DNA of 64,000 nucleotides from a virus: IMG/VR virus record IMGVR_UViG_3300050343_000216, positions 11,300 to 75,299 of that record; one strand, 5' to 3'. Shown piece by piece: positions 23,701 to 34,105 of this stretch (position 1 is its first letter; each line of letters starts with the position of its first letter). The notes under the pieces were generated by a model. It saw only the letters and a program-made list of their open reading frames with translations, ran no database searches and was not told where the DNA came from. The position numbers and the translations under genes were made by a program.

Positions 23701-26700
23701 ATGCTGTTTTGGAGTTATCCTTTAAGGGTTTATAATCTATAGGCCAAGTAGAAAAAGCTCTTGAACTAGAAGAGTCATCTGTATAGGCATAGAAATAAAC
23801 AGGAGAGTTCTCAAATTGAAAATTATAAGTTGGAGTACTCGTATCGTGTGTTATAGCCACAGGAGCACTTACATAGCCACCTTTTACTAATCCATAAATT
23901 CGAGCAAAGTTTCCTCCAAAAATATCTTCTATAATGACTTCTGCTGATACTGCTGCCGATTTTTTTCCGTCCTCAGTAATTGATTTAACTCTAAATGTAT
24001 ACTGACCGTCCGGAACATTATCAAAAGAATAAGAAGTAGTAGGAGTTAAATTACTAGACGGGTATCCTGGAATATTTGATTCAAACTCATACTGAGTTAT
24101 ATACTCTGCAAAAGTTTCTGTAATTGCAGGCGGATCCCAAACTACTATAATCTCCTCCCCTGGGATATTAAACTTAGGGGTTCTTAGCACACGGATATTT
24201 TTAGGTGCAGGTATTTTAGACCCTGGAGTTATAGGAGGCCGTACAGGATCATCTATAGCGAGAGTGAAATTATTATCAACAGCATCAAACTTACTTTCAT
24301 AGTACTCGACTGCAGTAATTCCAAAAGTATTGTCATTCTCTATAGAAATTGCTAAAATTTTGTACTCTTTTGGGGATACTGCAGATTCTACGGAGTCCTT
24401 TATGCCCCAGATATTTCCTAGCTCTATAGGTGCGCTTGCGTAGGGAAGAGTCACTGTAATTTTATTAGTACTTGAATCAACCGCAGTAATAACGCAATCA
24501 TGTACTACACTTTCTTTACCATATTGAAGAGAGAGCATATTTCCGGAATCATCATATGCATTGTTTATTTTACTTAAAATTTCAGTCTCGGTTCCAGTAA
24601 AAGATACTGAAGTTCCATCTTCATCAGGAGCAGCAGATACTACATCTCCTCTAGTGTAAGCGGTACTCCCAATCGTGGCAGATGCTTGGCCCAAGACAAC
24701 TTTATCATCAATAATTAAAGTAGAAAGTAAATCATCGGTAGTAGGATATGATCCCGTTGCACCGCTCTGCGCATTTCTATCTAGGGTTAGCTCCATGCTA
24801 GTTGAGCTAAGACTATTTACTCCTGTAATTCTTCCGCTTGCTCGGTAGTTAAAGTCATGATTATCCTGAATAGTAATTATATCTCCAGGAGCTAAAAATG
24901 CTGCATTTATTGCACTTTTAAAAGATACAAGTTCAGTTTGATTAATTGCAGTCCATAATTTCCATCGGCCATAGCGAACTGCTTGACCCTCTGAAGTACA
25001 CCCGAATGCATTAGCATTTTCTTTAATAATCTTACCTGTTCGAATAATATTTTCGCGATCTTCAACAATGACAGGTTCAAGTTTATAATCAGTTTTAGGA
25101 TTATTCCAAGAAACAATTACTTGATTTGCTCTAGTTTTTGACCCTGTACTTTGGTACTCGAAAGCGCCCTCTATAACATTACTTCGATTAAAAGCATACA
25201 CAGGGGACTTCTTTTCATCCATAATTGGAACTAGCTTTCCGTCCATCCAATATAGCATACCTCTAAATATAGTTGACATATCTTTAAGAACTTTAAAAAC
25301 ATCTGCTGCTTTTTGAAAATAAAGATTTGCTCTAAATCTAGGCTCTAATCCGCCCTTACCATCAGGAACTAACTCATCTGAATACCTTGCAATTCTATAT
25401 AAAGAATAAATGTCAATATCCACATTTCGAGCTGTTGCGGGATCTTCTTTAAGGAATTCTCCTATACCATAGCGATTATTTGTAAGAATATCATAGAAAA
25501 TCCAAGCAGGATTATCTGTATATACCTTTCCCTCTCGAAAAGTTCCATTAAATAACTCATCGTATAAATCGTCAACATTTTTATAAGAACCATCAGTATT
25601 TAATCCCAGCTCTTCTCTTGTAGTATAGTTGTGAGGAACTTTTACTTTAAGACCAAAACAGTCATAGGTTCTTGAAGGGGTATTTGGAAATTGTTTGGAA
25701 TTAAAGGTTACATTTGCTACGGCAGTATAAGGAAAGTTTAATTTTTCTTTTATTACTCCAAACGCAGTTTCAATACCCCCGGACTGAACTGCTTGCCACT
25801 TATCTACGTCAGAGCCTCTCCAAGTAAGATCAGGATAGGTATGCCCTCGACCTGTTTGAGTATCTGTGAAATTTTCACTTTCTGTGATTCGTGTAATTTC
25901 TAATTTGAATCCTGCAAAAGGCTGGAATGGTTCCAGATTAATAGAGTGAGTGAAGTTTACAGCACTTGTATACTTTCCTCCGTGCTTAAATAAACCTCTA
26001 CCTGCCGCTACCTTAGACGACCAGTTACTATAGTTAGTTGCTTGACTTAAATTACTAATTAAATTACTTGTAATTCTTCCATTACCGGAAAGGAATCCTT
26101 GACTTTCCCACCCATAGCCATTTCCTTGAGTATTTGTTTGAATAAAAAGTTCTATAACATAGCCCGCACCTGCATCCTCTTTTGTTCCTTTTTCTGTATT
26201 TGTTAGATATAGTCCCCCGGGATACTTAAAATTTAGTTGAACTAAATCTATTTCTCCAGAATTGGGGTTAGCTTCAATAATACTTGCAGTAGTGCCTATA
26301 TTAAGTGTAGTAACATTTGCAACTGAAAGAGTAGTTGTACTTGAGCCGACTCCTTGTAAAGTTTCAATTGGATTTTGATCCATTGTACCAGGTCTAAATT
26401 GGTATCCAGAAGAATCATATTTACGATTATAGGGATTATTTCCGTCAGAGTTACTAACCGGAGCAGAAATGCTAAAAGATTTATTGGAAAAAGTTAAGGG
26501 AAGATTACTATCTAAAGTAATAGATCCACTGGAAGAAATTGAAGAAATTCCTTTTGTTAAACTAATATTTAGCACTAGATCGGCCGTTTCTAACCAATCC
26601 AATTGGTCAAGTCCAAATACTCTATTTACATATATTTTTACGGTATTATTAGTTTGATTAACTTCTTCTACCCAGCCAGCAATTTCTCTATCATCATCTC

Positions 26701-27256
26701 CTGTAATTACTGCCCAGCCTTTTCCGTCTTGAAGGGCTCGCTCCTGAAACCACCCATTAGACCTGTTAGCCTGACCATATGCAATAGCTGTCGGCAAATC
26801 AGTTCCTGTATATGTTAATTGAATCAAAATACCTGTAGGAATAGCTCCCACTGTATCATAAGCAGCACTAACTCCTGCTGTACTATTATGAGTAAGCTCA
26901 GAGGACGTTTTATTATATAAATCATGAATAAGTATAAATTGAGTATCTACAACTCCTGGGTCATAGGAGTAAGAATTGTCTTCCCAATCCTTAACAGTAA
27001 TAGTAGTTGTACCAGAAGTTCCAGATATAGTTTCGCCTCCAACAGGAACATAGCCAACTTCATTATCTTCAAAAATTGCATCATTATTCAGAAAAACACT
27101 TTTTCCGCCTTTCGCAAGTCCTAAAATTGGCCCTTCTGATATAATATCTGTAATCGATATTACTTGTTCAGTACTCCCATACACAACATTATTCAGAGCA
27201 TTATTTTTAGGAAATGCTGAACGTCTATCTGCTCCTGTTATTGATTTAGATGCCAT
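20798..27256 (-). CDS. central tail tip / host specificity protein, lambda J-like
   Basis: DIISEGPI.GL, YTDNPAW..YD, EPRF, FGCTSEGQA.RYG.W, FN3 region, RVRIGKL end. Confidence 0.9.
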   Translation of the reverse strand: MASKSITGADRRSAFPKNNALNNVVYGSTEQVISITDIISEGPILGLAKGGKSVFLNNDAIFEDNEVGYVPVGGETISGTSGTTTITVKDWEDNSYSYDPGVVDTQFILIHDLYNKTSSELTHNSTAGVSAAYDTVGAIPTGILIQLTYTGTDLPTAIAYGQANRSNGWFQERALQDGKGWAVITGDDDREIAGWVEEVNQTNNTVKIYVNRVFGLDQLDWLETADLVLNISLTKGISSISSSGSITLDSNLPLTFSNKSFSISAPVSNSDGNNPYNRKYDSSGYQFRPGTMDQNPIETLQGVGSSTTTLSVANVTTLNIGTTASIIEANPNSGEIDLVQLNFKYPGGLYLTNTEKGTKEDAGAGYVIELFIQTNTQGNGYGWESQGFLSGNGRITSNLISNLSQATNYSNWSSKVAAGRGLFKHGGKYTSAVNFTHSINLEPFQPFAGFKLEITRITESENFTDTQTGRGHTYPDLTWRGSDVDKWQAVQSGGIETAFGVIKEKLNFPYTAVANVTFNSKQFPNTPSRTYDCFGLKVKVPHNYTTREELGLNTDGSYKNVDDLYDELFNGTFREGKVYTDNPAWIFYDILTNNRYGIGEFLKEDPATARNVDIDIYSLYRIARYSDELVPDGKGGLEPRFRANLYFQKAADVFKVLKDMSTIFRGMLYWMDGKLVPIMDEKKSPVYAFNRSNVIEGAFEYQSTGSKTRANQVIVSWNNPKTDYKLEPVIVEDRENIIRTGKIIKENANAFGCTSEGQAVRYGRWKLWTAINQTELVSFKSAINAAFLAPGDIITIQDNHDFNYRASGRITGVNSLSSTSMELTLDRNAQSGATGSYPTTDDLLSTLIIDDKVVLGQASATIGSTAYTRGDVVSAAPDEDGTSVSFTGTETEILSKINNAYDDSGNMLSLQYGKESVVHDCVITAVDSSTNKITVTLPYASAPIELGNIWGIKDSVESAVSPKEYKILAISIENDNTFGITAVEYYESKFDAVDNNFTLAIDDPVRPPITPGSKIPAPKNIRVLRTPKFNIPGEEIIVVWDPPAITETFAEYITQYEFESNIPGYPSSNLTPTTSYSFDNVPDGQYTFRVKSITEDGKKSAAVSAEVIIEDIFGGNFARIYGLVKGGYVSAPVAITHDTSTPTYNFQFENSPVYFYAYTDDSSSSRAFSTWPIDYKPLKDNSKTAYVFVDYYSSTVKLANYKFDEDLDIDYWYDEIEQSKIDLNAAAVAGGGSAIYSNPSIWSQVNGTISIPAGSNKVTGVNTSFTGSAYALTNVLKFEVDSGPANQRERAAKIAYVESDTVLYIDRVFDIAVSNKTFYKDSLSPDFSNDFLAGSLNGATGAYQSFLVLDPDLTKPRDLVVDTNISSLQYKSDETQYTPTYSSITITATGLNFTLPEFKITGTGFASTSGSADSSFVTGTDGRFIKQIHNNSAIAWNNGATLEFTVEVREKNDPNNSAKSITKTLRIFKTKDGSIGLSGKSVRLMAEDYTILYNANGASPHFNDYARSNWGLSADDKIYFNLAYLNFTTPIFKLTKTVGGTSTVVQNWTDTFDGGGNQVPGLGYLLPYKYTPSATFDQSDWPVNLQIEVGEKPSSWSSGTAPTTIEGTDSISLVGVKSGTGGVVVHIANSAHTYATDKNGNVGTGTTGLILGSGSFFEVLQGGTRATYVGNNNAYGRSGGDSGLTPGQWYIVSAANAGGDLTISPPTNNDNSRLTIGAHTAINSSHASGNPTDDVEVITYTVKVQTSEGLETVEAQQTLTKSIAGRDAASTIEMFLLTSSASAPSSRPEVTYTFASGNIAATSGESLNSWSNVASSVTATNRYLWKVSKVVIPSGAETTVNLGTTSGDTAWDGPILTASFGEVGGDGLIGLRQKTGYVYFQQATTTKPQVPTAQDYSFTQQAFVGLQGQWAETAPTFTAGATNQYWYASWNAAEARNADGAPAGDTTRDASGQQSDQGSLSFGQDTYNGVGFTGLVTFTDLQQQGSTQINGANITTGTIQAQRISLNASQVGAQTSSGTTTQIQQQAVTVANKYTQITPAGLGVYTTTQANSTFNTQAQVTAAIQAQAPGLAPVQSINGQTGSVTGIGGDSLSATDVSAGKIVLTSGTLKFTNSTNTAQYQPSNSIVLDTTTSSNSIRIYDGSAERVRIGKL

Positions 27257-27274
27257 TAAAAATTACTCCTATAC

Positions 27275-28009
27275 CTACTTATTGGAAGGATTTGAGCCCT
27301 GACCCGACCATCCGTCCCCTTGACCCCTGCCGGGTATAAAGGTACCATTTGAACCATATGTTGCACTAGCCCCCGCGATTTCAAAACTTACGGGCATGCC
27401 CGGCACCCTAAGCCTACCATATAAAACCGGCACAGGGTCTCCTTCAATAATATTTTGCTCTGCCCCATTAAATAAGTAAGACTGCTCTTGGTCACCGTCT
27501 GTAGAGGGATCCGGAGCCATCATCTGTGTAATTCCAGCTATTGCTAAATTAGTCGCCATTCCTAGAGCAGCTGTAGCAGCAACCTGGGCAAGCGTTCCCG
27601 CCTGTCCCGCAAGTACAGTTCCAAGGGTATGTGAAACCGTAGGAGCGTATCCTCCTACAGCTTGCCCAGTATATGTAAGCATGCCTGGGACATAGATTGC
27701 TACAACTACTAAAGCTATCGCTGCAAGAATTTTTGCAGGACCACTTTTAGCTCCGGCAGGAATAGGAGTTACTATAATATCTCCCTCTTTTAACTCTAAG
27801 AGCAACTCCCGAGGATCTTCAAGTTCATTTCCAGCTACATCAATATGAAATCCTATGCCTTCTTCTTGTTTTTCTAAAATATATTGTTTAAAGTTTGGAA
27901 AGTTCCCATTGAGGCACTGAAAAACTTCTGCTACGGTTTCTGCTTTCATGTGTATATGAGGAATAAACTTATCCCCCAACTCTCCTTCAAAATATACATT
28001 ACGCATCAT
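27275..28009 (-). CDS. tail assembly protein, lambda I-like
   Basis: R.V.F.GELG, SYLFNG, EGDPVPVLYG. Confidence 0.85.
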   Translation of the reverse strand: MMRNVYFEGELGDKFIPHIHMKAETVAEVFQCLNGNFPNFKQYILEKQEEGIGFHIDVAGNELEDPRELLLELKEGDIIVTPIPAGAKSGPAKILAAIALVVVAIYVPGMLTYTGQAVGGYAPTVSHTLGTVLAGQAGTLAQVAATAALGMATNLAIAGITQMMAPDPSTDGDQEQSYLFNGAEQNIIEGDPVPVLYGRLRVPGMPVSFEIAGASATYGSNGTFIPGRGQGDGWSGQGSNPSNK

Positions 28010-28703
28010 ATCTATAAGCCTTGTCTAAATAGTGTATCCAAAAAGGATACAAGTTTTCTCTGCATGAAAGTCTTTGTTCTGCATGGTGATAAAAAGTATC
28101 ATTCCCTAAAAATACTCCGCAATGGTTAGTAATATCTGATCTAACCTTGAAAGTAATTACATCATTTTTTTGTAGATCTTTAAGAGGGACTTCACTGCAC
28201 CCCCAATCTTTTATAAGCTCTGGTCGAAAATAATCTAAACCTTTCTTAAACCAATTATCTTCGAATAAAACTCTAGGAGGGATTACTATACCTTGTTCAA
28301 TTAAATAATCCCTTGCGGCTTCAAAACAGTCTCTAACTCCAAACTTATACTCTCTGCCATATAAATCTGTTAAATCTTTTTTTGGCTGTACTACATTTAG
28401 GTCCATATCCGGATATGAAAAAATATAGTAAGGAATACCTAAACTATTACAGTACGAAATATCGCTTTCACTTGCTTCAGAGGTACCGTCTGGGTGACTA
28501 TGTACAATACCAATAATATCCGAAGTTCTATGTATCTTTAAATACTCAGTAGAATCTAAAATAAACTCTTCGTCTACCTCTGCCACATTTGTACATGGAA
28601 ACCATTTTCGTTTACCTTTTTGTACTGCTACTATTCCACACCCTTCTTTTGGGTACTCTGCTTCAAAATGCTCTTTTATTTCTTGAAAAAAGTTTTGTAT
28701 CAT
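27999..28703 (-). CDS. tail tip assembly protein, lambda K-like (JAB plus NlpC/P60)
   Basis: YPKEGCG, HSHP..S..D, DCF, NHCGV. Confidence 0.9.
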   Translation of the reverse strand: MIQNFFQEIKEHFEAEYPKEGCGIVAVQKGKRKWFPCTNVAEVDEEFILDSTEYLKIHRTSDIIGIVHSHPDGTSEASESDISYCNSLGIPYYIFSYPDMDLNVVQPKKDLTDLYGREYKFGVRDCFEAARDYLIEQGIVIPPRVLFEDNWFKKGLDYFRPELIKDWGCSEVPLKDLQKNDVITFKVRSDITNHCGVFLGNDTFYHHAEQRLSCRENLYPFWIHYLDKAYRYDA

Positions 28704-29818
28704 CTAAACTTACGTGTTCCTGGGAACCCTCCAAAAGGTAGGGATACTTCTGTATCAAAGGTATCAGACTTGGAATAACCATGTGTAGTATTTGAAGAAC
28801 TATTGTGAAAGATTCCTTGATACCTTGCTTTACAAGAAGAAAGAAGTTTTCCACATACATCAGCTCGCATCCAATACTTAGAAGTAGCAGAAGGAGCAGT
28901 ACTCGCACTAGAAATATGTGCTCTTGAGATTCTCCACACTTCATTTGAATGAAATACATAAGAACTCTTTCTTAAATCAACAGTATCTAAACTATAATTA
29001 CCATTACTGGCCCATATAGTATATCGTCTGCAAATTTTCCAATAAATACTTCCTTCGTATGGAGTTTTATTTGTACTATCTACATTTGCTTGCCAAGTTA
29101 ATCCTTCATGAGTAACAAAAGCTCCTGTAGTATATGCTGTGCTGCTCGACCATGCGTTTGCTGAAATCAAATCAGTTTTAATTAAAGGTTCGTCATCTAT
29201 AGTAAAAAATAAGAAAGGATTATTACTGCCCTGTATTTTTTTAGACTTCCAGTAGCAGGCACTTCTAACGTCTGTATTTGAAGAGGTCCACTGCTTATAT
29301 ACCCAAGGGCAGTATTTTCCTGTAACCGGGCGAGAAGGCACTCGCGCTCCTGCTAAGTCAAAGGGCGAAGATAACTCTAGTTGAATCATTAATGAATTTT
29401 TGGAGGAGATTCTATCAATAACATATACTGCACTGGGAAATTCATATTCTGTGCCAGTTTGATCTACATATTTTGATAAAGTCTGCCGCCTTGTTAGTCT
29501 TTCTCCAATTAAATCTTCTATATCAAAATCTGTTATGCCCAACTCACTATTAATTGTAGTATCGGATTTTAATACGGATTCTACGTTAGGAATTGTGACA
29601 CTCGGTCTTGCCATGGCACCATCTCCGCCAATATCAATACCCTCAATAATCATTGGAAAAGGCACATAATTATTTCCGCCAAATTCTATATTATTTTCTG
29701 TATTTTCTGCATGTAGATACAGAGTTGAGCTTCCGACTGTAATTTCAAATAAGCTAACAAGAGCTTCATCTGAAGCCATTACTAAGTCATTTGCTTCTTT
29801 TGCTATTACATCACTCAT
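28700..29818 (-). CDS. minor tail protein, lambda L-like
   Basis: ELSSPFD, CPWVYK, C, DVCGKLLSSCKAR, LPFGGFPG. Confidence 0.88.
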   Translation of the reverse strand: MSDVIAKEANDLVMASDEALVSLFEITVGSSTLYLHAENTENNIEFGGNNYVPFPMIIEGIDIGGDGAMARPSVTIPNVESVLKSDTTINSELGITDFDIEDLIGERLTRRQTLSKYVDQTGTEYEFPSAVYVIDRISSKNSLMIQLELSSPFDLAGARVPSRPVTGKYCPWVYKQWTSSNTDVRSACYWKSKKIQGSNNPFLFFTIDDEPLIKTDLISANAWSSSTAYTTGAFVTHEGLTWQANVDSTNKTPYEGSIYWKICRRYTIWASNGNYSLDTVDLRKSSYVFHSNEVWRISRAHISSASTAPSATSKYWMRADVCGKLLSSCKARYQGIFHNSSSNTTHGYSKSDTFDTEVSLPFGGFPGTRKFR

Positions 29819-30216
29819 GCTTCATAAACTCTTCTAAATTGAGAGGATAAACTATAGACTTCATCATTAGTGTAAGAAATACTGTAACTATCGCAGACTA
29901 CTTTTACTGTATCTTCTCCAATATGAAAAGTAAAAGAACTAGGCTGCTGATCATCTAAAAAATCAGCGATTGTATCTATTTCTGCTTTTGGTCTGTTTCT
30001 AAAAGAAACGTCATAAGTTTCCTCTATATTATTTATACCGTCTAAAATTCTTTGCTCGTAACCATCACCGAACTTAGCCGAAAGAACTCTCCTAGAAGTT
30101 GTTCTCCCTACTCCTTTATCAAGAACGGCATTACTAGTATTACTTGAGCCGCTTGAGTATCCGCTCGAAAGACTATTTGCTGTGACTGTTTTTATTACAA
30201 TTTTAAAGTCTGCCAT
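29815..30216 (-). CDS. distal tail protein, lambda M-like
   Basis: FGDGYEQR..DGINN..FRRVYE. Confidence 0.88.
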   Translation of the reverse strand: MADFKIVIKTVTANSLSSGYSSGSSNTSNAVLDKGVGRTTSRRVLSAKFGDGYEQRILDGINNIEETYDVSFRNRPKAEIDTIADFLDDQQPSSFTFHIGEDTVKVVCDSYSISYTNDEVYSLSSQFRRVYEA

Positions 30217-33200
30217 TATGCTGTACCATACGGATTAAGTATTCCGCCCGCTCTCTTTTGATTTTGAAGCTCTTTTTGAACCGCAGCTGCAATTAAGTTT
30301 CCAATATCAGCACCCTGCTGACCACTAGATGCTGTGTTTTGCTGAGCATTTCCATCGTTATCAATAGCAACGTTTACAGTAACATTATTTTGTTGTCCCA
30401 TACCATTCATACTTACAGGAATTGATTTACCGTCAGGAAGAGGTACAATTGCTTCATTATGTCGACCCTCTCCTACAAGACCAACAGTAGGTTGAGTTGC
30501 AATTCCACCCTTGGCATACGCTGCCGAACGGAAACCTCCTTTTGCGATTCCACCGTTTGCGAAAAATAATGTTGCAAGTGTTCCAAAAATACCTCCGGCA
30601 CCTCCGCCGCCCGTGCCTCCGAAAAGACTGCCAGCTAAGGAGGAAAAAATATCTTTAAATATATTACCTCCCGACATAAATACGGTTCCTAATTTTTCTA
30701 CAAATCCTCCCTCTGCATTTTTATCAAAAATATCGCTTAAGGAGCCTAAAAAGTTAGTTACACTTCCTCCCACTTTTTGTTTAGTTACAGTTTCCCCCAT
30801 CTTTTCGCCTTGTCCCATCGTAGATGTGGTCGAACTGCTACTTTTGCCGAAAAGTTTTTCCATTATTCCTATTGATTGAGTTCCTTCCGCTGTCTTGCCT
30901 GAAGTACTTGAATTTCCTCCAGAAATAAGATCTGTTGAAGTAGTAGTTCCTGCAGTTTTACCTGCCATACCCTCTGTATGGCCTTCTTTTATTTTTTGCT
31001 TAACTACTTCGGCTCCTTCTACATGAGCCTTTTTTATACGACCAGATGCAGAATCTCCAAAAATAGCTGTAGATATTTTTTCAGAAATATTTTTTGCCAG
31101 AGTTTGCGCTACAGCCTCTAAAGTAGTTTTTGCAATTTGTGCAACTGCCTCTCTAAAGCTTCCCTGTTTCCCAGTTATTAAATCTGTTAATCCACCAGTT
31201 ACGCCACTCTCAAAAGCGCCTTTTGCAGCCATCTCCATTTCATGGAGCATTGTAAGTTGTTCTTCTAAAATTCCTTTCTTTTGTCCTAGTAAATCTAGCT
31301 CATCCCCTAATAACGTCAGAGTATTTAACTGTGCTGGAGTAGCCCCCTCAGCTTGCTTTGCAATTAGACCTCTTAAATTCTGCTGCTCGTTTAACTTATT
31401 GTTTATATTGAGCTGAAGAGAATCAATTGCTTGCTGTTGCTTTAGTCTTTCTTGTTGCAAAGGAGTTGCTTTCAGGAGAGCATCATTATACTTCATTTCT
31501 AAAGCAGTCTTTGCTCGAACTGCTTTGAATTCTGTGTCTCTCATATCTATTAAGAGCTTTCTTAACTTAATTGATCTGTCTAGTTCGTTTGCCTCTTTTT
31601 CGCTCATCTCTACAACAGTTTGTGAAGCTTTAACAGTAGCGTCAATAGAAGAAATTAAACCATCATATTTAGTTTGTTGTTGAAGGCCCCCCATAAATGA
31701 AAGTTCTATTTCTTGTTGATTTTTTAAAGCATTAGTAAATAACTTTGCAGAATTGCCTGCTTCTTGTGCACGACTTATAAACTGTAATAAGAGTTCAATT
31801 TGTTTTTCGGTTGTAAACTCATCAATATTACTACCAATTTTTCCCGCTTGGCTTGCGAGTTCAGTTCCTATACTTCCGAGAGCAGCTTCGGAGCCTTTAA
31901 ATATGTCAAAGTATAAATTTGCCGTCTTCTGTGCCTCTCCTCTTAATTCATCATTAGTACTAGTAAGTCCTGCTTTTAAACTATTTATATCTACATTAGC
32001 TAAAACGTTACCTGCAAAAGCTGCCCCGGCTGCACCCTCTGCCATTGGCTTTTTTGCCATTTCTGCAAGTTCTTCATTGACTCCTGCCAGTCTGTCTTTT
32101 AATGCATCTATTTTTTTAACCTCTTCTTCTTTTATTAATTCTAGCTTTTTTTGTTCTGCTGTTTTAAAGAAATCCATAACCAGTTTAACACCTTCGGATA
32201 AAAGTTGTACAACAAGTACTAAGATCCCTACCCATCCCAGTAGTGATAAAGCTCTGTTTGCAAAGGTTACAAAGCCGGCGGTCATAACCTTCATTGTTGC
32301 TATAGCACCTGCATAGCCTGATTGCATTTTCTTCCAAATAACAGTAGTACCTGAGCTAAATACTTTCCAATCTAATAACATAAGTTTTGAAGTTTTTTTG
32401 TTATCAGCAAGCATCAACTTTAAATTTTTTGCTAAGCTAGCTCGCTGTTTATCATTTAAAGCCTTATAAGCTTTGCCTTCATTCTCAATTTGTTTAATCA
32501 TTGCTTTGGCTTGTCTAGATGACGGCATTACTCCTTGCTGGAGCCTCTCTAGCCCCGAGCCTTTTCTAGCTTTTAATCCTTTAGTCGTTTGCTGAGCATT
32601 TTTCAAAGCTTGTCCTGCAACATCTTGCTGAGCTTTTACAACTCTTCGTAGTTCAATTACTTGTCTTTTATACGCAAAAGAAGCTGCATTTGCAGCGTCT
32701 GTTGAAGTTTTTGCTGCTATACTTGCTGCAGTTCCCATGTCGCTAAGACCTGGGATTATCATTTTAATAATAGGGGCTGCTAAAAGTCCTAATGCAATGG
32801 CTAAAGCTGCAATATTTTCTGTAAAGAAATCAAATACAGGCCCTACAACGTTTGCTAAGCCCTCTTTAAAAGGTTTTAAAAGATTATTTTCAAATGCTAT
32901 CCCTAACTTTGCTACAGAATTTCCTAGTTTTTCTTGCCCAGTAAGAACCGAGGAATACTTTTGTTCTGCTTGGTCTAATACGTCATTTGCAACTGCTTGG
33001 CTTTTCTCAAATTGAGTGAGTAACTTAACGTCTTTTCCTATAGCATCTGCATATTTTTTACTAGCTGTTTCTAACCGTAGAATAATACCTAGTTCGTCAA
33101 GAAGTTCTGGCTCTGCTTTTGTAACACCTCGAACAAGACGATTAAAAGAGTCTGTAACATCCCTTCCTAAAATTGCAGAAGTATCTTTAGCGGCTGTTCC

Positions 33201-33668
33201 TAGCCTTTTTAATTGATCAGTACTAAGCCCTGCTGCAAGACCTATTGCGGAGGCCTGTGCTGCATCACTAAATCCTATTTGAGAATTTGTAGCTTCTACT
33301 ATATCATTACTTAGAGTTTTTATTGCTACACCGGTACTTTTTGCATAAGCTGCTTGACCTTGTGCCAATACAGAAAAATCTGCAGCAGACTTAAAAAAGC
33401 TAAATGCTGCGGTGATTGCAAATACCTGAGCGGCAAGAGTCGCATAAGCAGGTACAAGACCTCCAGAGATGCCCTGAGCCATTTTAGAAAAGTTTTTGGT
33501 TCCATTTGCAGAAGTTTGTGCGGCACCTTTGAGATTTCGATCAGCGGTACGGGCAGATTTTCCCGTGTTATCTAATGCGGCCCCTAGCTTATTAGCTTCG
33601 ACGGCTACACGTTTTGTAGTGCCTTTATCATCTATAACTACGTCAATAAAAACTTTATTGTTTGCCAT
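30216..33668 (-). CDS. tape measure protein
   Basis: 1150 aa helical; T5 pb2-like EPELLDELGI; FANGGI..GE..EAIVPL C-terminus. Confidence 0.92.
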   Translation of the reverse strand: MANNKVFIDVVIDDKGTTKRVAVEANKLGAALDNTGKSARTADRNLKGAAQTSANGTKNFSKMAQGISGGLVPAYATLAAQVFAITAAFSFFKSAADFSVLAQGQAAYAKSTGVAIKTLSNDIVEATNSQIGFSDAAQASAIGLAAGLSTDQLKRLGTAAKDTSAILGRDVTDSFNRLVRGVTKAEPELLDELGIILRLETASKKYADAIGKDVKLLTQFEKSQAVANDVLDQAEQKYSSVLTGQEKLGNSVAKLGIAFENNLLKPFKEGLANVVGPVFDFFTENIAALAIALGLLAAPIIKMIIPGLSDMGTAASIAAKTSTDAANAASFAYKRQVIELRRVVKAQQDVAGQALKNAQQTTKGLKARKGSGLERLQQGVMPSSRQAKAMIKQIENEGKAYKALNDKQRASLAKNLKLMLADNKKTSKLMLLDWKVFSSGTTVIWKKMQSGYAGAIATMKVMTAGFVTFANRALSLLGWVGILVLVVQLLSEGVKLVMDFFKTAEQKKLELIKEEEVKKIDALKDRLAGVNEELAEMAKKPMAEGAAGAAFAGNVLANVDINSLKAGLTSTNDELRGEAQKTANLYFDIFKGSEAALGSIGTELASQAGKIGSNIDEFTTEKQIELLLQFISRAQEAGNSAKLFTNALKNQQEIELSFMGGLQQQTKYDGLISSIDATVKASQTVVEMSEKEANELDRSIKLRKLLIDMRDTEFKAVRAKTALEMKYNDALLKATPLQQERLKQQQAIDSLQLNINNKLNEQQNLRGLIAKQAEGATPAQLNTLTLLGDELDLLGQKKGILEEQLTMLHEMEMAAKGAFESGVTGGLTDLITGKQGSFREAVAQIAKTTLEAVAQTLAKNISEKISTAIFGDSASGRIKKAHVEGAEVVKQKIKEGHTEGMAGKTAGTTTSTDLISGGNSSTSGKTAEGTQSIGIMEKLFGKSSSSTTSTMGQGEKMGETVTKQKVGGSVTNFLGSLSDIFDKNAEGGFVEKLGTVFMSGGNIFKDIFSSLAGSLFGGTGGGGAGGIFGTLATLFFANGGIAKGGFRSAAYAKGGIATQPTVGLVGEGRHNEAIVPLPDGKSIPVSMNGMGQQNNVTVNVAIDNDGNAQQNTASSGQQGADIGNLIAAAVQKELQNQKRAGGILNPYGTA

Positions 33669-34105
33669 TAGCCGCGCACGTTATGGGTGTACTTATTTCC
33701 ACCTCCTGCAGACTTTGCTTTTCGCTCTTCTGCTTTACGTTTTTTCTCTGATTCTTCTGCTTTATATGAGACTATAATATTTTCATATAATTTCATAAAA
33801 AATAACGTTTCTTTTTTATTTTCTATTTCATACAATTCGAAAAGTTGATTACATTGCGTCCAATCTTTTCCTAAATATGTGCCTGACATTCCATCCCAGT
33901 TGTCTGACAAAAAGCTGAATATAAAAAATGCCACTTGAACCTCCTCGGGAAAATCCGAAGAATCGAGCGGCATTTTTGCTGGGTCTGGTTCTTGTCCTAA
34001 TTGCTCACAGATAAGTAAGTATTTATCTACATCAATCTGCGAACTATCTCTTACAAAGCGTTCAAGTAATCTTTTTACTTCAATTACTTGTTGCTGGTAA
34101 AATTT
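33668..34105 (-). CDS. tail assembly chaperone, T segment (reached by -1 frameshift)
   Basis: Frame open from the slippery site at 34099-34105 into MPLDSSDFP; CEQLGQEPDP motif. Confidence 0.75.
   Translation of the reverse strand, partial: KFYQQQVIEVKRLLERFVRDSSQIDVDKYLLICEQLGQEPDPAKMPLDSSDFPEEVQVAFFIFSFLSDNWDGMSGTYLGKDWTQCNQLFELYEIENKKETLFFMKLYENIIVSYKAEESEKKRKAEERKAKSAGGGNKYTHNVRG

Noticed and set aside
30511-33777. Plus-strand ORFs within the tape measure and other late genes
   Set aside because: Antisense shadows of real genes, with no RBS or recognisable motifs
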